The translations under genes and the position numbers were made by a program. This document shows, in pieces, positions 1 through 10,553 of a stretch of 47,574 bases of DNA (its first letter is position 1; every line of letters starts with the position of its first letter). Origin of the DNA: Candidatus Bathyarchaeota archaeon (lineage in GTDB: Archaea; Thermoproteota; Bathyarchaeia; Bathyarchaeales; Bathycorpusculaceae); contig CAVZJV010000007.1 in the NCBI GenBank assembly GCA_963775685.1, positions 1-47,574 of the forward strand, in the 5' to 3' direction. Below the pieces are notes generated by a model, which saw only the letters and a program-made list of their open reading frames with translations, ran no database searches and had not been told where the DNA came from.

Positions 1-201
1 TTTAAGTCAATGTTGGGGGGAATTTAATGCGCTCTTGCAGGGGTGTTTGTCTGAAACCTTGTTGTTTTTGTCAGTTTGTGGAGGGTGGGGTTTGGGGTTT
101 AAGGGTGATAGGACAATTGAGTTTTTCTCGTTAAATTCTTTTTTTGGTTTGGCTTTTTTCTGTATTCTGGTTTATTAATGCACAATATTTAATATTCAGT
201 A

Positions 202-1227
202 TTGAGTCGTAATATTGGTGATTATATTCTGCTGGGCTCAATCCAAAGGCACAAGGCAATCACAGCCGCAACACTACTTATCTTATTCATAGCCTTGATT
301 CCCATATTTGAAGCAAACACCAAAAGCGCCTCCAAACCAGCAGCACCCCAAGAAATCGACAATCCAGACACCCTTAACCATTCCAAAAATCCAACAAGAA
401 CAATGTGGCTAGACAACCGATATCTTTACGGCAACAGCCCAGTAAAAAACGTTGCCCAAGCAAAAGCTTTCTTAAACAGCATAGCAAACCCAGATTTTAT
501 ATACTTAAGACCCGCCCGCGTATACAACGGGAACCCAAGTGTCGTAAGTGTAATGACTCTAAATTTTGCGTCCTTAATACATTCCGCATCCTCAAGAACC
601 AAAGTTTTGGCAATCGTAGATATAGTCACTGAGAAATCCAGCGACAAACCAAATGACCCCGACTTTTTAACAAGTGATATTTACTGCGACCTTTCAAACG
701 CAAGCAGCCGAAACACGCTTGTGGAAACTATGTCTCAAGTTGTAAATAAAAATGATTTTGATGGAGTATATCTTGACATTGAACCATTAAATTCTGGCAC
801 AGCCTGGCTTCCTCAAATGATAGAGCAATTTAAAGCCCTCACCGATGGAAAAACTGTGATAGTTTATGGTTTTTCATTAGTTGATGATTCGCAAGCGGGA
901 AAATATGATTGGTCAACATCTTATCTAAAAACGGTTTGCTCCTTTGCAGATTATGTTGAACTTAGGTTATACAATTTTAGATTACAAACACCTGAGGCCT
1001 ACAAAGAGAAGGTCCAAGAACAGATAACAAGAGTTGAGTCAGCTGGTTTAACCCAAAAGATCTTGTTTAACCTTCCCGCTTATCCAGCCAGCCCTAATCA
1101 TGACCCCGCAATTGAAAACATTGCCAATGCAGGTCCTCTGGTTCAAAAGTACAATACAGGTTTATTTTCCCAAGTATATATGACAGAAACCAACTACGCC
1201 GAATACCTTGGACTATTTGCAAAGTAA
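202..1227 (+). CDS. Membrane-anchored GH18-like (TIM-barrel) glycoside hydrolase
   Basis: N-terminal TM helix; FDGVYLDIEP resembles the GH18 DxxDxDxE motif; ADYVELRLYN and LFNLPAY match GH18 strands. Confidence 0.65.
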   Translation: MSRNIGDYILLGSIQRHKAITAATLLILFIALIPIFEANTKSASKPAAPQEIDNPDTLNHSKNPTRTMWLDNRYLYGNSPVKNVAQAKAFLNSIANPDFIYLRPARVYNGNPSVVSVMTLNFASLIHSASSRTKVLAIVDIVTEKSSDKPNDPDFLTSDIYCDLSNASSRNTLVETMSQVVNKNDFDGVYLDIEPLNSGTAWLPQMIEQFKALTDGKTVIVYGFSLVDDSQAGKYDWSTSYLKTVCSFADYVELRLYNFRLQTPEAYKEKVQEQITRVESAGLTQKILFNLPAYPASPNHDPAIENIANAGPLVQKYNTGLFSQVYMTETNYAEYLGLFAK

Positions 1228-1395
1228 GAAAGAAAACAGTTTTAGAAAAGCACTTAACTCAGGCAAAACCATTTCATTTGATAACGAAAAAAGACACTAC
1301 CCAAATATTTAATCTAAACCGGAATTAGCGGGCAGTTGGGTGTGTTTGTTACAAAATTTTTGATCGTAGCAAATTCAGCTTTCATCATTTGCAAG

Positions 1396-1951
1396 TCATC
1401 TAACAGCTCTACGAATTGGGTATATTTTTTGGGTCCAGAGTTTTGCCATCACTTGAATAGTCTCTTGGGTGCAATAAAATAACGCAAGGTTTGAGTTACT
1501 TAGCGAATCCGTGCAATGGTTGAGTATGTCAGTTTCAGAATTCAGAGTGGTTTGGCTACAGTGTTTTGTGGAAACAGTATAGCCTACGTGCCAGATGTAT
1601 CCGTCATTAAAATATTCTTCTTCCGTAGCGGACATTGTTTTGAAGTTAAGTTTTGAAAGGGCTTTGGTGTTATTTCCGATGTGGAAGTTGGGGTTGGTTG
1701 AGGTTTATCTGTTGTGGTTGGTGTGGGAGTGAATGATTGTGTTGGGGGGGAAAAATTGTGGGAGTTGGCGTTGGTGAAGTTGTTGGGGTTGATGGTTGGT
1801 TGACTATAAGATAAGCCAATCCGGAGCTTGCTCCAATGAATATAATTAAAATAAAAAGAGTAGCCATCTTTGCTAAACCTGACTTTGACACAGAAGGATC
1901 CAATACTGTCTTTTCTTTACCCAAAGCCCGAACATCTACCTTGATGAGCAA
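1396..1951 (-). pseudogene. Frameshifted membrane-anchored Pro/Thr-rich surface protein
   Basis: TM helix plus PTPT linker in ORF 1670-1951. A shift at the G7 tract (1744-1750) continues as PTQSFTPTPTTTDKPQPTPTST, and a second shift joins ORF 1396-1635. Confidence 0.5.
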
Positions 1952-2220
1952 CTATAAAATATTTTGATTTATATAAACAAATTAATTCTTGGACAGAGTG
2001 TCCCGATGGGTAAATTGGGTTAACTTAAAGTTAAAGGAGAAAAAACTGCAAGAAAACAACGCAACAATGACCTCTTTCCAAAATATCGGTCGAGAGACAG
2101 CAAAATCGTTACGTTTTTGAATATTAAGTCAACTTGTCTTTTGTGTCTATGAATACATTTTCGTCCATTGTGAGAAGTATGTCTTGAATCGATTTTCCAT
2201 TTTTACAATGCGCAAGTGTC

Positions 2221-3303
2221 TTAAGTTACCCAGGGCAATCTGGTAACTGTAATTTTACTGTATTCCACTATACCTGCGGGTAGTTGTGGTATGCCGGGGT
2301 AGTCGCCTGGGTGGTTTTTTTCTGCATCTTGATTATAGGCTATCAAGGAAGCTTGTCCGGCTTGATTTGCACCAACCATTATAATGTCAAATTGAAGTCC
2401 GGTATCATTTGGTCCACCAATGGTTACAGGAGTTTGCCAAGATCCTGTCTGCTGAACAATTGCTGCTGCCGGCATTGGAAAGTAGAGATCAATTTTTTGG
2501 ATATAGACAATAGCCCAGATTACTTGTCCTGAAGGAATATTCTGTGAAGTTCCTTGAGCCGCAACAATCTGACTAACTGAAGACCCAGCTATTGGAAAAC
2601 TGATGTTGACAGTTGGAACAGTTATTGTCACTGTGTTTGAGGCAGACGACATAACTGGAGTAGAAGCACTATCCGTCACCTTACAAGAAACCAAATGGGA
2701 ACCCCCACCAGCAGTATAAGAATAACTCGAACTATCAGAACCCACAGCTGAGCCGTCTAAGTACCATTGATAATGAATCAACCCAGAACCCCCACTTGCT
2801 GTGGCAGTAAACTCTTGAACCTGACCAACTCCCAGCGTTACAGGGCCGACAGGAGAAATATTCACAATGGGATTGGAATTGTGAGGGTTTTGAGGTTTAA
2901 CGGTTAGGGTGTATGTGCAGGTGTGTTCTTTTCCATCAGCCCCGGTTCCCTTTATTGCTATTGGATAGTCGCCTTCGGGAACATTTGAAGTCACTGTTAT
3001 TATAACGTTTGAAGTGTAGGCTGGTTCAGGTTTGTTTGATGGAGGTTGAGGGTTGACTATCATGCCGCTTGGATGTCCAGCAGCGCTAAGGCTTACATCA
3101 TAGTCGTAATTATGGATGCTCTTTACAGTAATCGTAATTTGTGTCACACCCCCCTGTAGCACAGACCCGCTTATCGGGTTAACAGAGATCTGAAAATCAG
3201 CTATACGATCTGGCTGATTATTAAAAGCGGCGTAAATTGTTCCGGCTCCAACTATTGCAGTCACAATAACTGCTATGATTGCTATTTGATTTCTTGTTAC
3301 CAT
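2221..3303 (-). CDS. Secreted/anchored protein with tandem Ig-like beta-sandwich domains
   Basis: Signal/TM segment; DFQISVNP..G.Y.I.IKGTG and YQWYLDG Ig/PKD-like motifs. Confidence 0.75.
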   Translation of the reverse strand: MVTRNQIAIIAVIVTAIVGAGTIYAAFNNQPDRIADFQISVNPISGSVLQGGVTQITITVKSIHNYDYDVSLSAAGHPSGMIVNPQPPSNKPEPAYTSNVIITVTSNVPEGDYPIAIKGTGADGKEHTCTYTLTVKPQNPHNSNPIVNISPVGPVTLGVGQVQEFTATASGGSGLIHYQWYLDGSAVGSDSSSYSYTAGGGSHLVSCKVTDSASTPVMSSASNTVTITVPTVNISFPIAGSSVSQIVAAQGTSQNIPSGQVIWAIVYIQKIDLYFPMPAAAIVQQTGSWQTPVTIGGPNDTGLQFDIIMVGANQAGQASLIAYNQDAEKNHPGDYPGIPQLPAGIVEYSKITVTRLPWVT

Positions 3304-3620
3304 TTTTTGTTCTTCCTTCCAAATCTAATAAACTCAAAATTAATTTTTATAGGATAGGCGGCGAGTTTGCTTCTTCTTAGTGTTGTTTTGAATTCATTGT
3401 CGTGAGAAATATTCTGGCCTCTCAGTCTCTTTCCCTTTGCGCCAATATAATTATGACTTGAATCTTCTTTATTACATTATCTGAAGAAAATCAACAATGA
3501 AGCGGCTATGAACCCAAATGTTTTCTATGTAATTACTCCAGCAATAAGAATGGAAAAATGCAAAAAAATTCGACTTAATTGACTGAAAAAATTTGTCTTA
3601 TTGACTTAAAAAAGCATGAA

Positions 3621-3675
3621 AGAAACCGCAAGAAAAAAACATCAAAAACCCAAAAACAAAACAAAAAATAATTAA
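3621..3675 (+). repeat. Left arm of imperfect inverted repeat (partner 4995-5052)
   Basis: AGAAACCGCAAGAAAAAA here; reverse complement TTTTTTCTTGCGGTTTCT at about 5033-5050. Confidence 0.55.
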
Positions 3676-3724
3676 AAATACCCCTTCCCGTCATCAGGAG
3701 ACGTTGAAAGCACAAAAAAAATAG

Positions 3725-3790
3725 AAGAGCTGAAAACTACTTACTTTACCCGTAGTGCTTAAAATGTAGGAAGCTGCTGTGTTCTTGAAC
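3725..3790 (+). repeat. Direct repeat copy 1 flanking first TA pair (partner 4791-4860)
   Basis: AAGAGCTGAAAA..TGCTTAAAATGTAGGAAGCTGCTG vs AAGAGCAGAAAA..TGCTTAAAATGTGGAAGATTGCTG. Confidence 0.55.
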
Positions 3791-3872
3791 GTCATTTTGG
3801 AATCTTTTTTGGTTTCTTGGCTTCGGGCGTTGGCCTTGCTCCGGAGGGACTTTGTAATTTATGGTGAGGTAA

Positions 3873-4277
3873 CTATTTTGTCTGTTGAGGGTCTTTTCGG
3901 GGTATCTTTAGGCTATTGAAGTGCTTGTCAAAAGATATTATTGCTTCTGCTTGTACGTTCAGTGCTGTTGTGTATTGGATAGCATCGTCCATGTCAAGGT
4001 TCTGTTGTAATGCTGTTTCCACAGCGTTTATTTCATCTGTTATGGTTGTATGGTATATGTGCAGTCCTTTGTATGCGGTAAGGCTTGAGAGGAAGATTTT
4101 GAGTTCTTCTAATCTATTAAGGTTGTACATGATTACGATTATGGAATGTATTGTGAAATCGGTCACTACACCGGTTTTTTTGCCTCTTCGGATTAGGTCT
4201 AGGAAGTTTTCGCATTCTTCTTTTCTATCTTGAAGCAAAAGGACTTCTAGAAAAATGTTGGTGTCAACAAGATACAT
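3873..4277 (-). CDS. vapC: VapC PIN-domain ribonuclease toxin
   Basis: MYLVDTNIFLE, LDMDDAIQY, IISFDKHF PIN motifs; overlaps upstream antitoxin. Confidence 0.92.
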   Translation of the reverse strand: MYLVDTNIFLEVLLLQDRKEECENFLDLIRRGKKTGVVTDFTIHSIIVIMYNLNRLEELKIFLSSLTAYKGLHIYHTTITDEINAVETALQQNLDMDDAIQYTTALNVQAEAIISFDKHFNSLKIPRKDPQQTK

Positions 4278-4542
4278 GATTGAGCACTTTTTTAGCCCAA
4301 AGTTTACGGATTTCATGTTGGAGAGTTACTGAATCTATGTCTACATCTTTGAGTAGACCTTCTATAGCTTTTACAGGGTCGCCTTCAAAATTTGGATTTT
4401 CCTGCTCTGCGGTTGATAACCAATTTAAGATTGCGTCTTCCGCGGCTTTGCTTAGAGCTCCTTTTGTGTAACCATATCTTTTCATGGCTGCTTCTCTGAA
4501 TTTTCGTTCCAGTTTAGTGTCGATTTGAACTCTTAAAGACAT
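4264..4542 (-). CDS. vapB: RHH-type antitoxin
   Basis: MSLRVQID..ERKFREAAMKRYGYTKGALSKAAEDAI ribbon-helix-helix pattern directly upstream of vapC. Confidence 0.8.
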   Translation of the reverse strand: MSLRVQIDTKLERKFREAAMKRYGYTKGALSKAAEDAILNWLSTAEQENPNFEGDPVKAIEGLLKDVDIDSVTLQHEIRKLWAKKVLNHVSC

Positions 4543-4790
4543 GACTATATTACCAAATGGGCATAAGGCAAAAAGGCCATTTATACTTTTCTTTGAATTA
4601 TTCACCTATCCGGGGGCTGTCAATGCTTCAAAATGGTTACACATCAGAATCATCAACTACGTCTGCCTTTGTTCTGTGTCAGTTAATGTGCTTCTCCGGA
4701 CGGAGTTATGTTAATTGAAATTGGAACTTTAGAACATCAGATCAAGAACATCCCTACCTTTGTTAAGAATCAATAAAAATGAAAAAGGAA

Positions 4791-4860
4791 AAGAGCAGAA
4801 AAATGCTCATTTAAATTACTTATGGTTGCTTAAAATGTGGAAGATTGCTGCGTTTCTGGG
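4791..4860 (+). repeat. Direct repeat copy 2 flanking first TA pair
   Basis: Similar to 3725-3790. Confidence 0.55.
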
Positions 4861-5270
4861 GTGCAATTAATGTCAATAGCGAAGCTGATTTTCTCAAGTT
4901 TTCTTAGAAATCTGCAAGTTGAAGGGCACCATGGTTTGTGTGTAGGCAGATTTAGATGGTAATTGATTGGTCTTCTTTAGGAGTAACCATTAACTTAATT
5001 TCTTCTTGTTTTTGTTGTTTTTTGATTCTTTGTTTTTTCTTGCGGTTTCTTTTGTAGGGTATAGTGAGTGTTTGAACGAAGAGGTTTTAGCTATCATTTT
5101 AGCGGTTTCTTGTTTTTGTTTTGTATGCGTTTTCTGAGTGTTTTTTTAGAGTTTTTTTAAAAGTATTCTGTGGAAAATTATTTAAGGTTATACAGTTGAT
5201 ATGAGTATTTTGGTTTGGAGAAAGCTCAGCGAGGCTTTTTTTAAGCCGAAAAGAATTAGGAGAAAGAGAA

Positions 5271-7850
5271 ATGCAAAACAAAATAGTTTCTATAGCATTA
5301 GCTTCGTTGTTAATACTCTTAATGTCAGCTTCGATTTTGTTTGTTCCAAACGCTAGCACACATACGCCTCCGTTGACAATTCCAACTTGGGCCTACCTTA
5401 GTGTTATGCCAAATCCTGCGGGCATTGGTCAGGAAGCGTTTGTTAATTTCTGGATTGACAAAGCACCCCCAACTGCAGCTACAATCTATGGCGATCGGTG
5501 GCAGGATTTTAAAGTCACTGTCACAAAGCCCGATGGAAGCAATGAAACCCTTGGACCCTTCACATCCGACGATACTGGAGGAGCCCACACAACCTACACG
5601 CCCTCTGTTTTGGGTAACTATACTTTCCAGATGAGTTTTCCAGGGCAAACCTTAGCAGGCGGCAATCCCCCACCAGCGGGCTATTCTGCGGCTATTTCAG
5701 GGTTGATTGGTGATTACTATTCTGGCAGCACAAGCAAGCCAGTGACGCTAGTTGTTCAGCAAGAACCCATACCTGGCGAGTCAACTAACCCAAATCCCAT
5801 CCCTTCAACTTATTGGCAAAGACCGATATATGGCGAGAATTTGGACTGGTACAAGATTAGTGGAAATTGGCTTGGCTTAGCAGCGGTTGGTTTTACGAGG
5901 GCAACGGGTCAGTATAACGCAAGTGGAAACTTTAACCCCTACACGACTGCGCCAACCAGCGCTCACATACTATGGACAAAACCTTTGGCACCTGGAGGCC
6001 TAATTGGAGGAGAATTTGGTGGGAACCAAGCGGGCAGCAGTTACTATTCAACTTCCCAATATGAACCTAAATTTGGCGGTATAATAATAGATGGAAAACT
6101 CTACTACCAAGTTCTACCGGGATCATCAACTAACCCGGCGGGTTGGGAAGCCTTGGACTTGCGCACGGGACAAGAATTATGGTTTAAGGACACAACTGAA
6201 CCTTTGCTTTGCGGTCAAGTGTTGGATTACATATCGCCAAATCAGTTTGGTGGCTTATCTTATCTTTGGAGCACTCAAACAACTGTGAGCCCCAACTATG
6301 GGTCTACATATGGCATGTATGACACGATGACAGGTAACTACATACTAAGCATAGTCAACGGCACATCATTTACATTGACGGAAGATGATGGTGGAAACCT
6401 AATAGGCTACTATGTCAACGCAAGTACCGCAAATGCATACAAGGCGCCTACGCTAAATATGTGGAATTCTACTCAATGCATCATTACTGGAACAAATGGT
6501 CTAGACCGCTGGCAGTGGAGGCCAACCCAAGATGCCCAAGTTGATTTCTCAAGAGGGATCATGTGGTCAATGCCCATAGCAACCAATGTTTCTGGGGCAA
6601 CGTTTAGTCCAGGTCTTAGCATCAGTGCAGTTGGCGCAAAGGTACTTTTGTTGACTTCTACTCCGACCGCTTTGAGTGGGGGTCTATCTTGGCAACCGGG
6701 TTGGCGTATAATTGCGGGCTACAGCACCAGTACAGGACAGCAATTGTGGGGTCCGATGAATCAGACCGAAGAACCGTGGGTTAGGCTTGATACATACGGT
6801 ATTTCAAATGACATGTGGTTTGAGTTTGATCACGAAAATCTAGTTTGGAGCGGCTATAACGCTAACACCGGAGAAAAGCTTTGGCAGTCAGATTCCTACA
6901 ATAGTCCTCCTTGGGCATACTTTGTTAACTATAAACCCGTGGTTGCTTATGGCAAGCTTTTTGCATCTGACTTTGGCGGGCAAGTCCATGCCTACGATAT
7001 CACAACTGGCAAACAAGTGTGGCAATTCTCCACAGGCTCTAGTGGCTATTCAACTCCCTATGGCATCTGGCCTCTTGTTCATGTTGAAGCTGTCGCTGGC
7101 GATGAGGTTTTTCTCTCCGGAGGACACACCTACAGCCCACCTCTATTCTTGGGCGCGCAACTATACGTGTTAAATGCTACCACAGGCGAGAAAGTTTGGA
7201 GTGTTTCTAGTTTTGACGACTCTAACGCAGCTAGCGCCGCTATAGCTGATGGCATCTTTGTGAAACCAAACGCCTACGATAACCAGCTCTATGCGTATGG
7301 TCAGGGGCAAACCGCAACTACGATCTCGGTTATGAATACTGTTGTGCAGGAGGGATCTCCCTTAGTGATAACTGGTACTGTTACTGATCAATCTGAAGGG
7401 CAAACCTGTCTTGGAATTCCCGCTAAAGGCACACCGGCAATATCGGACGACAGCATGAGTGTTTGGATGGAGTACCTCTATATGCAACAGCAAAAGCCAA
7501 CCAATGCAACCGGCGTTCCTGTTACCATAAATGTTCTTGACTCAAACGGCAACTACAGACAAATCGGCAGCACCAACTCCGACATAAATGGAGTGTTTAG
7601 CTTTGTTTGGAACCCCGATATAACGGGCTCATTTACTGTCATGGCTAACTTTGAGGGCACAAACGCGTACTATTCCTCAAGTGCAGAAACATCTTTCTAC
7701 GCCACATCAGCAACAACACCGATGCCGACCTTTGTCCCCGTCACCTCTATGGCTGACACCTACTTTATTCCTGCTGTCGCCGGTCTTTTTGTCTTAATTA
7801 TCGTAACGCTGGTTTTAGTGGTACTGTTGATGGTTAGAAAAAGACCATAA
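5271..7850 (+). CDS. PQQ-binding-like beta-propeller surface protein with C-terminal TM anchor
   Basis: Signal peptide; repeated A.D..TG...W propeller motifs; C-terminal TM plus RKRP; paralog of 27569-30094. Confidence 0.88.
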   Translation: MQNKIVSIALASLLILLMSASILFVPNASTHTPPLTIPTWAYLSVMPNPAGIGQEAFVNFWIDKAPPTAATIYGDRWQDFKVTVTKPDGSNETLGPFTSDDTGGAHTTYTPSVLGNYTFQMSFPGQTLAGGNPPPAGYSAAISGLIGDYYSGSTSKPVTLVVQQEPIPGESTNPNPIPSTYWQRPIYGENLDWYKISGNWLGLAAVGFTRATGQYNASGNFNPYTTAPTSAHILWTKPLAPGGLIGGEFGGNQAGSSYYSTSQYEPKFGGIIIDGKLYYQVLPGSSTNPAGWEALDLRTGQELWFKDTTEPLLCGQVLDYISPNQFGGLSYLWSTQTTVSPNYGSTYGMYDTMTGNYILSIVNGTSFTLTEDDGGNLIGYYVNASTANAYKAPTLNMWNSTQCIITGTNGLDRWQWRPTQDAQVDFSRGIMWSMPIATNVSGATFSPGLSISAVGAKVLLLTSTPTALSGGLSWQPGWRIIAGYSTSTGQQLWGPMNQTEEPWVRLDTYGISNDMWFEFDHENLVWSGYNANTGEKLWQSDSYNSPPWAYFVNYKPVVAYGKLFASDFGGQVHAYDITTGKQVWQFSTGSSGYSTPYGIWPLVHVEAVAGDEVFLSGGHTYSPPLFLGAQLYVLNATTGEKVWSVSSFDDSNAASAAIADGIFVKPNAYDNQLYAYGQGQTATTISVMNTVVQEGSPLVITGTVTDQSEGQTCLGIPAKGTPAISDDSMSVWMEYLYMQQQKPTNATGVPVTINVLDSNGNYRQIGSTNSDINGVFSFVWNPDITGSFTVMANFEGTNAYYSSSAETSFYATSATTPMPTFVPVTSMADTYFIPAVAGLFVLIIVTLVLVVLLMVRKRP

Positions 7851-8253
7851 AACTGCAACCAAGACTATCTTTCCCCCTTTTTTATTCTAAAAAGTTTATC
7901 TTCCTTAATCTCTGTTAGCTTTCGAGAAGTTATTGTTTGGTTGATAGTTCGGATGATGCCCTTTTGTTTTAGCCGAAACCATCTCTTCTACATTTTGCAG
8001 CTCTACTTGTTTATCTTAAGAGCGAGGGTGGTTTGTTTGCCTTTGATTGAGCGGTGTTAGCTTTAAAGCGAGTTGCAGAGTGAAACCGGTTTAGAGTCTC
8101 CAAGTACGTAGGGTGAAAATACAAACTTGAGACAGACAAAATTCTGCATGTGGCCATAACACTTGTGAGTTTTTATGGTTTTTTGGTATTGATTTAAAAT
8201 CAATAAAGCTTTTACATTAAGAGTTCCTAAACAAAATGGGAGCAGGCATCAAC

Positions 8254-8478
8254 ATGGCAAAACCAACTTTCAGAACAAAACGCAGCAAACTTGCAATAAT
8301 CTTGCTGGCCCCCTTCTTCATCTTTGTGCTTATAGCCTGTTGGAGCCTCCGCTGTATAGGAAAACCCTGGCACCAGCTAAATCAAGCACAGCAGCTAACC
8401 GGCAATATGTCCACAAACCATGACCCAATAGAGCTTTTGGTGAGTCCTCAACAAGAAGAACAAATACAGGCAAACTAA
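8254..8478 (+). CDS. Small single-TM hypothetical protein (paralog of 18964-19179)
   Basis: MAKPT..SK..IILL.P..W.L..IG.P shared with 18964; shared upstream AATAAAGCTT. Confidence 0.65.
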   Translation: MAKPTFRTKRSKLAIILLAPFFIFVLIACWSLRCIGKPWHQLNQAQQLTGNMSTNHDPIELLVSPQQEEQIQAN

Positions 8479-8784
8479 GTCAGGACTTTTTTTTTAAATC
8501 AACGAAGTTAAATTGTTTTAGAATGTGGAATATTATGGTTCAGTGGATCCGGTTGAGTTGACAAATTCTAATTATTGAGATGTTAAGATTTTTTTAAAGT
8601 ATCCTTCCATATGCTCGCAGTTGTGGTTCTCAACGTGGTTATTTCGCGGCGGTCATGGGTCCCTGTGGACACTATCAGTGGGGGGCAACTCGAACCTTTG
8701 CGAGGTTGAAGCCCGCTTGCTTTTAATGGTTTATTCAGCAATAAATTTATTATAGTTAACCATAGTTTGATATAGTGAGCTATA

Positions 8785-9018
8785 ATGAAGGACGAAGATG
8801 TCACCACAATTCAACTTAAGAAATCAGTAGTTAAGGAGTTAAAAGGCATACGGAAGTATCCAAGAGAAACATACAACGAAACCATTTTGAGTTTAATTAA
8901 AGCTGCAAAAGAAACCAAGAAAAATAGGCAATACGATGAGTTTCTCCACAGGATTCAGCAGGCGAAGATGGAACAGTTATGGGATAATGAGGAAGATGAG
9001 GCGTGGGAACATGTCTAA
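8785..9018 (+). CDS. Putative antitoxin (RHH-like)
   Basis: TTIQL..L...R.YPRETY.E.I..LI; acidic C-terminal LWDNEEDEAW; overlaps the PemK toxin. Confidence 0.75.
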   Translation: MKDEDVTTIQLKKSVVKELKGIRKYPRETYNETILSLIKAAKETKKNRQYDEFLHRIQQAKMEQLWDNEEDEAWEHV

Positions 9019-9328
9019 GCCTGGGGATGTTATACTTGCAACTGTGCAGTTTACAGATACCGCTGAAGTGAAAGTCAGGCCGGCGGTGGTTCTATTTGAG
9101 GAATTGGGAAACGTTGTAGTTGCAGGTGTAACCAGTAACCTCAAAATGAAAGGAATACCCCTGACCAAAAGCGAAGGAGCCATAAAAGAAAGCGTCATAA
9201 AACTAAACTACATCTTCAGTATCTCAAACGAAATGGCTTCCAAAGTCCTCTTTCACCTAAGCAAGGAAAAAAAGCAGCTGATTTTTGATGAGTTAACCAA
9301 AAGGCTTGGAGAACTCAAAATTAATTAG
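9011..9328 (+). CDS. mazF: PemK/MazF-family endoribonuclease toxin
   Basis: KPGDVILATVQFTD..K.RPAVVL..VVVAGVTSN..S.IK PemK signature. Confidence 0.85.
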   Translation: MSKPGDVILATVQFTDTAEVKVRPAVVLFEELGNVVVAGVTSNLKMKGIPLTKSEGAIKESVIKLNYIFSISNEMASKVLFHLSKEKKQLIFDELTKRLGELKIN

Positions 9329-9330
9329 GT

Positions 9331-9355
9331 TGGCGCAGGGGTAGGGATTCGAACC
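9331..9355 (-). other. tRNA 3'-end fragment (att-like remnant)
   Basis: Minus strand reads GGTTCGAATCCCTACCCCTGCGCCA (T-loop, acceptor 3' strand, CCA); no matching 5' half upstream. Confidence 0.7.
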
Positions 9356-9644
9356 ATGGGTCGGGTAGCTTTCGGTCAAGGATCATCCGGGTGCCATAGC
9401 GTTTCTGCTTAGTATCTTTGTTGCTGGTTTCTGGTTCCTGTCCCAATTGTGCTGAGGGCTGCCATGCTTAGGTCTTGATGTGATACCGCCAGACAAACAT
9501 CGTACGCTAAAAATGCCGGCACGTTCCATAAACACTAATAATGACCACAAACAACTGCCCCAACAAACCGTCGGCTCCTCATTAACATTAACTTGGAGCC
9601 AATAAAGGTTCAATTGTTTAGGCGTTTTTTGCTGTTTGGGGAAT

Positions 9645-9772
9645 TTGTTGTCTTGCTAAGGTTGTATTTTATCCAATTATTTGGTTAATAATGGTGGTTT
9701 GCATGGTTGAAACAACTTACTATAAAGATAAGGTATATCTTCCAAGGCAGGTGTGCGAAAGCTCGGGTTAGT
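9645..9772 (+). pseudogene. Truncated duplicate of promoter and 5' end of AbrB antitoxin 11896
   Basis: Aligns with 11840-11966; ATG 9703 reads MVETTYYKDKVYLPRQV then frameshifts. Confidence 0.85.
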
Positions 9773-9904
9773 TATGTTAAGCTCGATTAAGTTTTAATTT
9801 GTTATTAGGCTATTGCAGTTTTCAAACATAAAGGGGCAAAAGGGTGAGAACAGACACTGTTCTTAGTGGTTTTCTTCGGAGTTATTAAAAGGCGTTTGGA
9901 TGTT

Positions 9905-10315
9905 CTATTTTAGGGGGGTTCTTTTAATTTCTTTGATTTGGTCAAAGTCTTCATCGTCGCTTATGATTATTGTTGCTTTTCTGCTAAGTGCTGATGCAAC
10001 GTGGATTGAGTCGCGTGGGCTTAGTTTGTATTTGTTCATAAGTGATTGAGCTTGAGATATTATCGCTTCATCGGCATTAATGAATTCTAAGTTTGGAAAA
10101 CCGAGTAGTTTTTGTCCTAGAGTTATTCCGCCATTTCTGTCTAACAGTTTGGATGCTACCCAAACAACCTCATCCCAAGTCAAGGTAGATGTCGCGGCGG
10201 ATAGTTCTTTGTTTTCTATCTTTTGAAGGATTTCTTTAGCTTTCTTTGCTTTTGGCTCCAAGTCCGGCGAATAGAGTGCTGAGTACAAAAATACGTTGGA
10301 GTCAACGTATTGCAT
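9905..10315 (-). CDS. vapC: VapC PIN-domain toxin
   Basis: YVDSNVFLY, STLTWDEV, LSPRDSIHVASA, IISDDEDFD. Confidence 0.93.
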   Translation of the reverse strand: MQYVDSNVFLYSALYSPDLEPKAKKAKEILQKIENKELSAATSTLTWDEVVWVASKLLDRNGGITLGQKLLGFPNLEFINADEAIISQAQSLMNKYKLSPRDSIHVASALSRKATIIISDDEDFDQIKEIKRTPLK

Positions 10316-10553
10316 GCCGCAAAGCTACCTCTTGATCTATTATTTCTTTGATGTTGACGAGCTTTTTTAGTTTTGGGGCATGAGTTGTGGTGTAGTATTC
10401 TGTGTAGCTGCCCTCGATTTTTGGTTTGCTTATAACTATTTCGTCGCCTCGGAGTTCCAAAATAACTTCAACTCCAGGCTTCAGACCCATCGCATCCCTT
10501 ATTTGTTTAGGGATGACTACTTGGCCTTTTGGCCCTATATTTTTTTGTGGCAT
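10302..10553 (-). CDS. vapB: AbrB/MazE/SpoVT-family antitoxin
   Basis: IGPKGQVVIPKQIRDAMGLKPG AbrB motif. Confidence 0.9.
   Translation of the reverse strand: MPQKNIGPKGQVVIPKQIRDAMGLKPGVEVILELRGDEIVISKPKIEGSYTEYYTTTHAPKLKKLVNIKEIIDQEVALRHAIR

Noticed and set aside
40-100. Possible twelfth copy of the element
   Set aside because: Similarity is limited to G/T-rich low-complexity sequence.
9331-9420. Complete tRNA gene
   Set aside because: No 5' acceptor strand, D-arm or anticodon arm can be built; only the last 25 nt fit.
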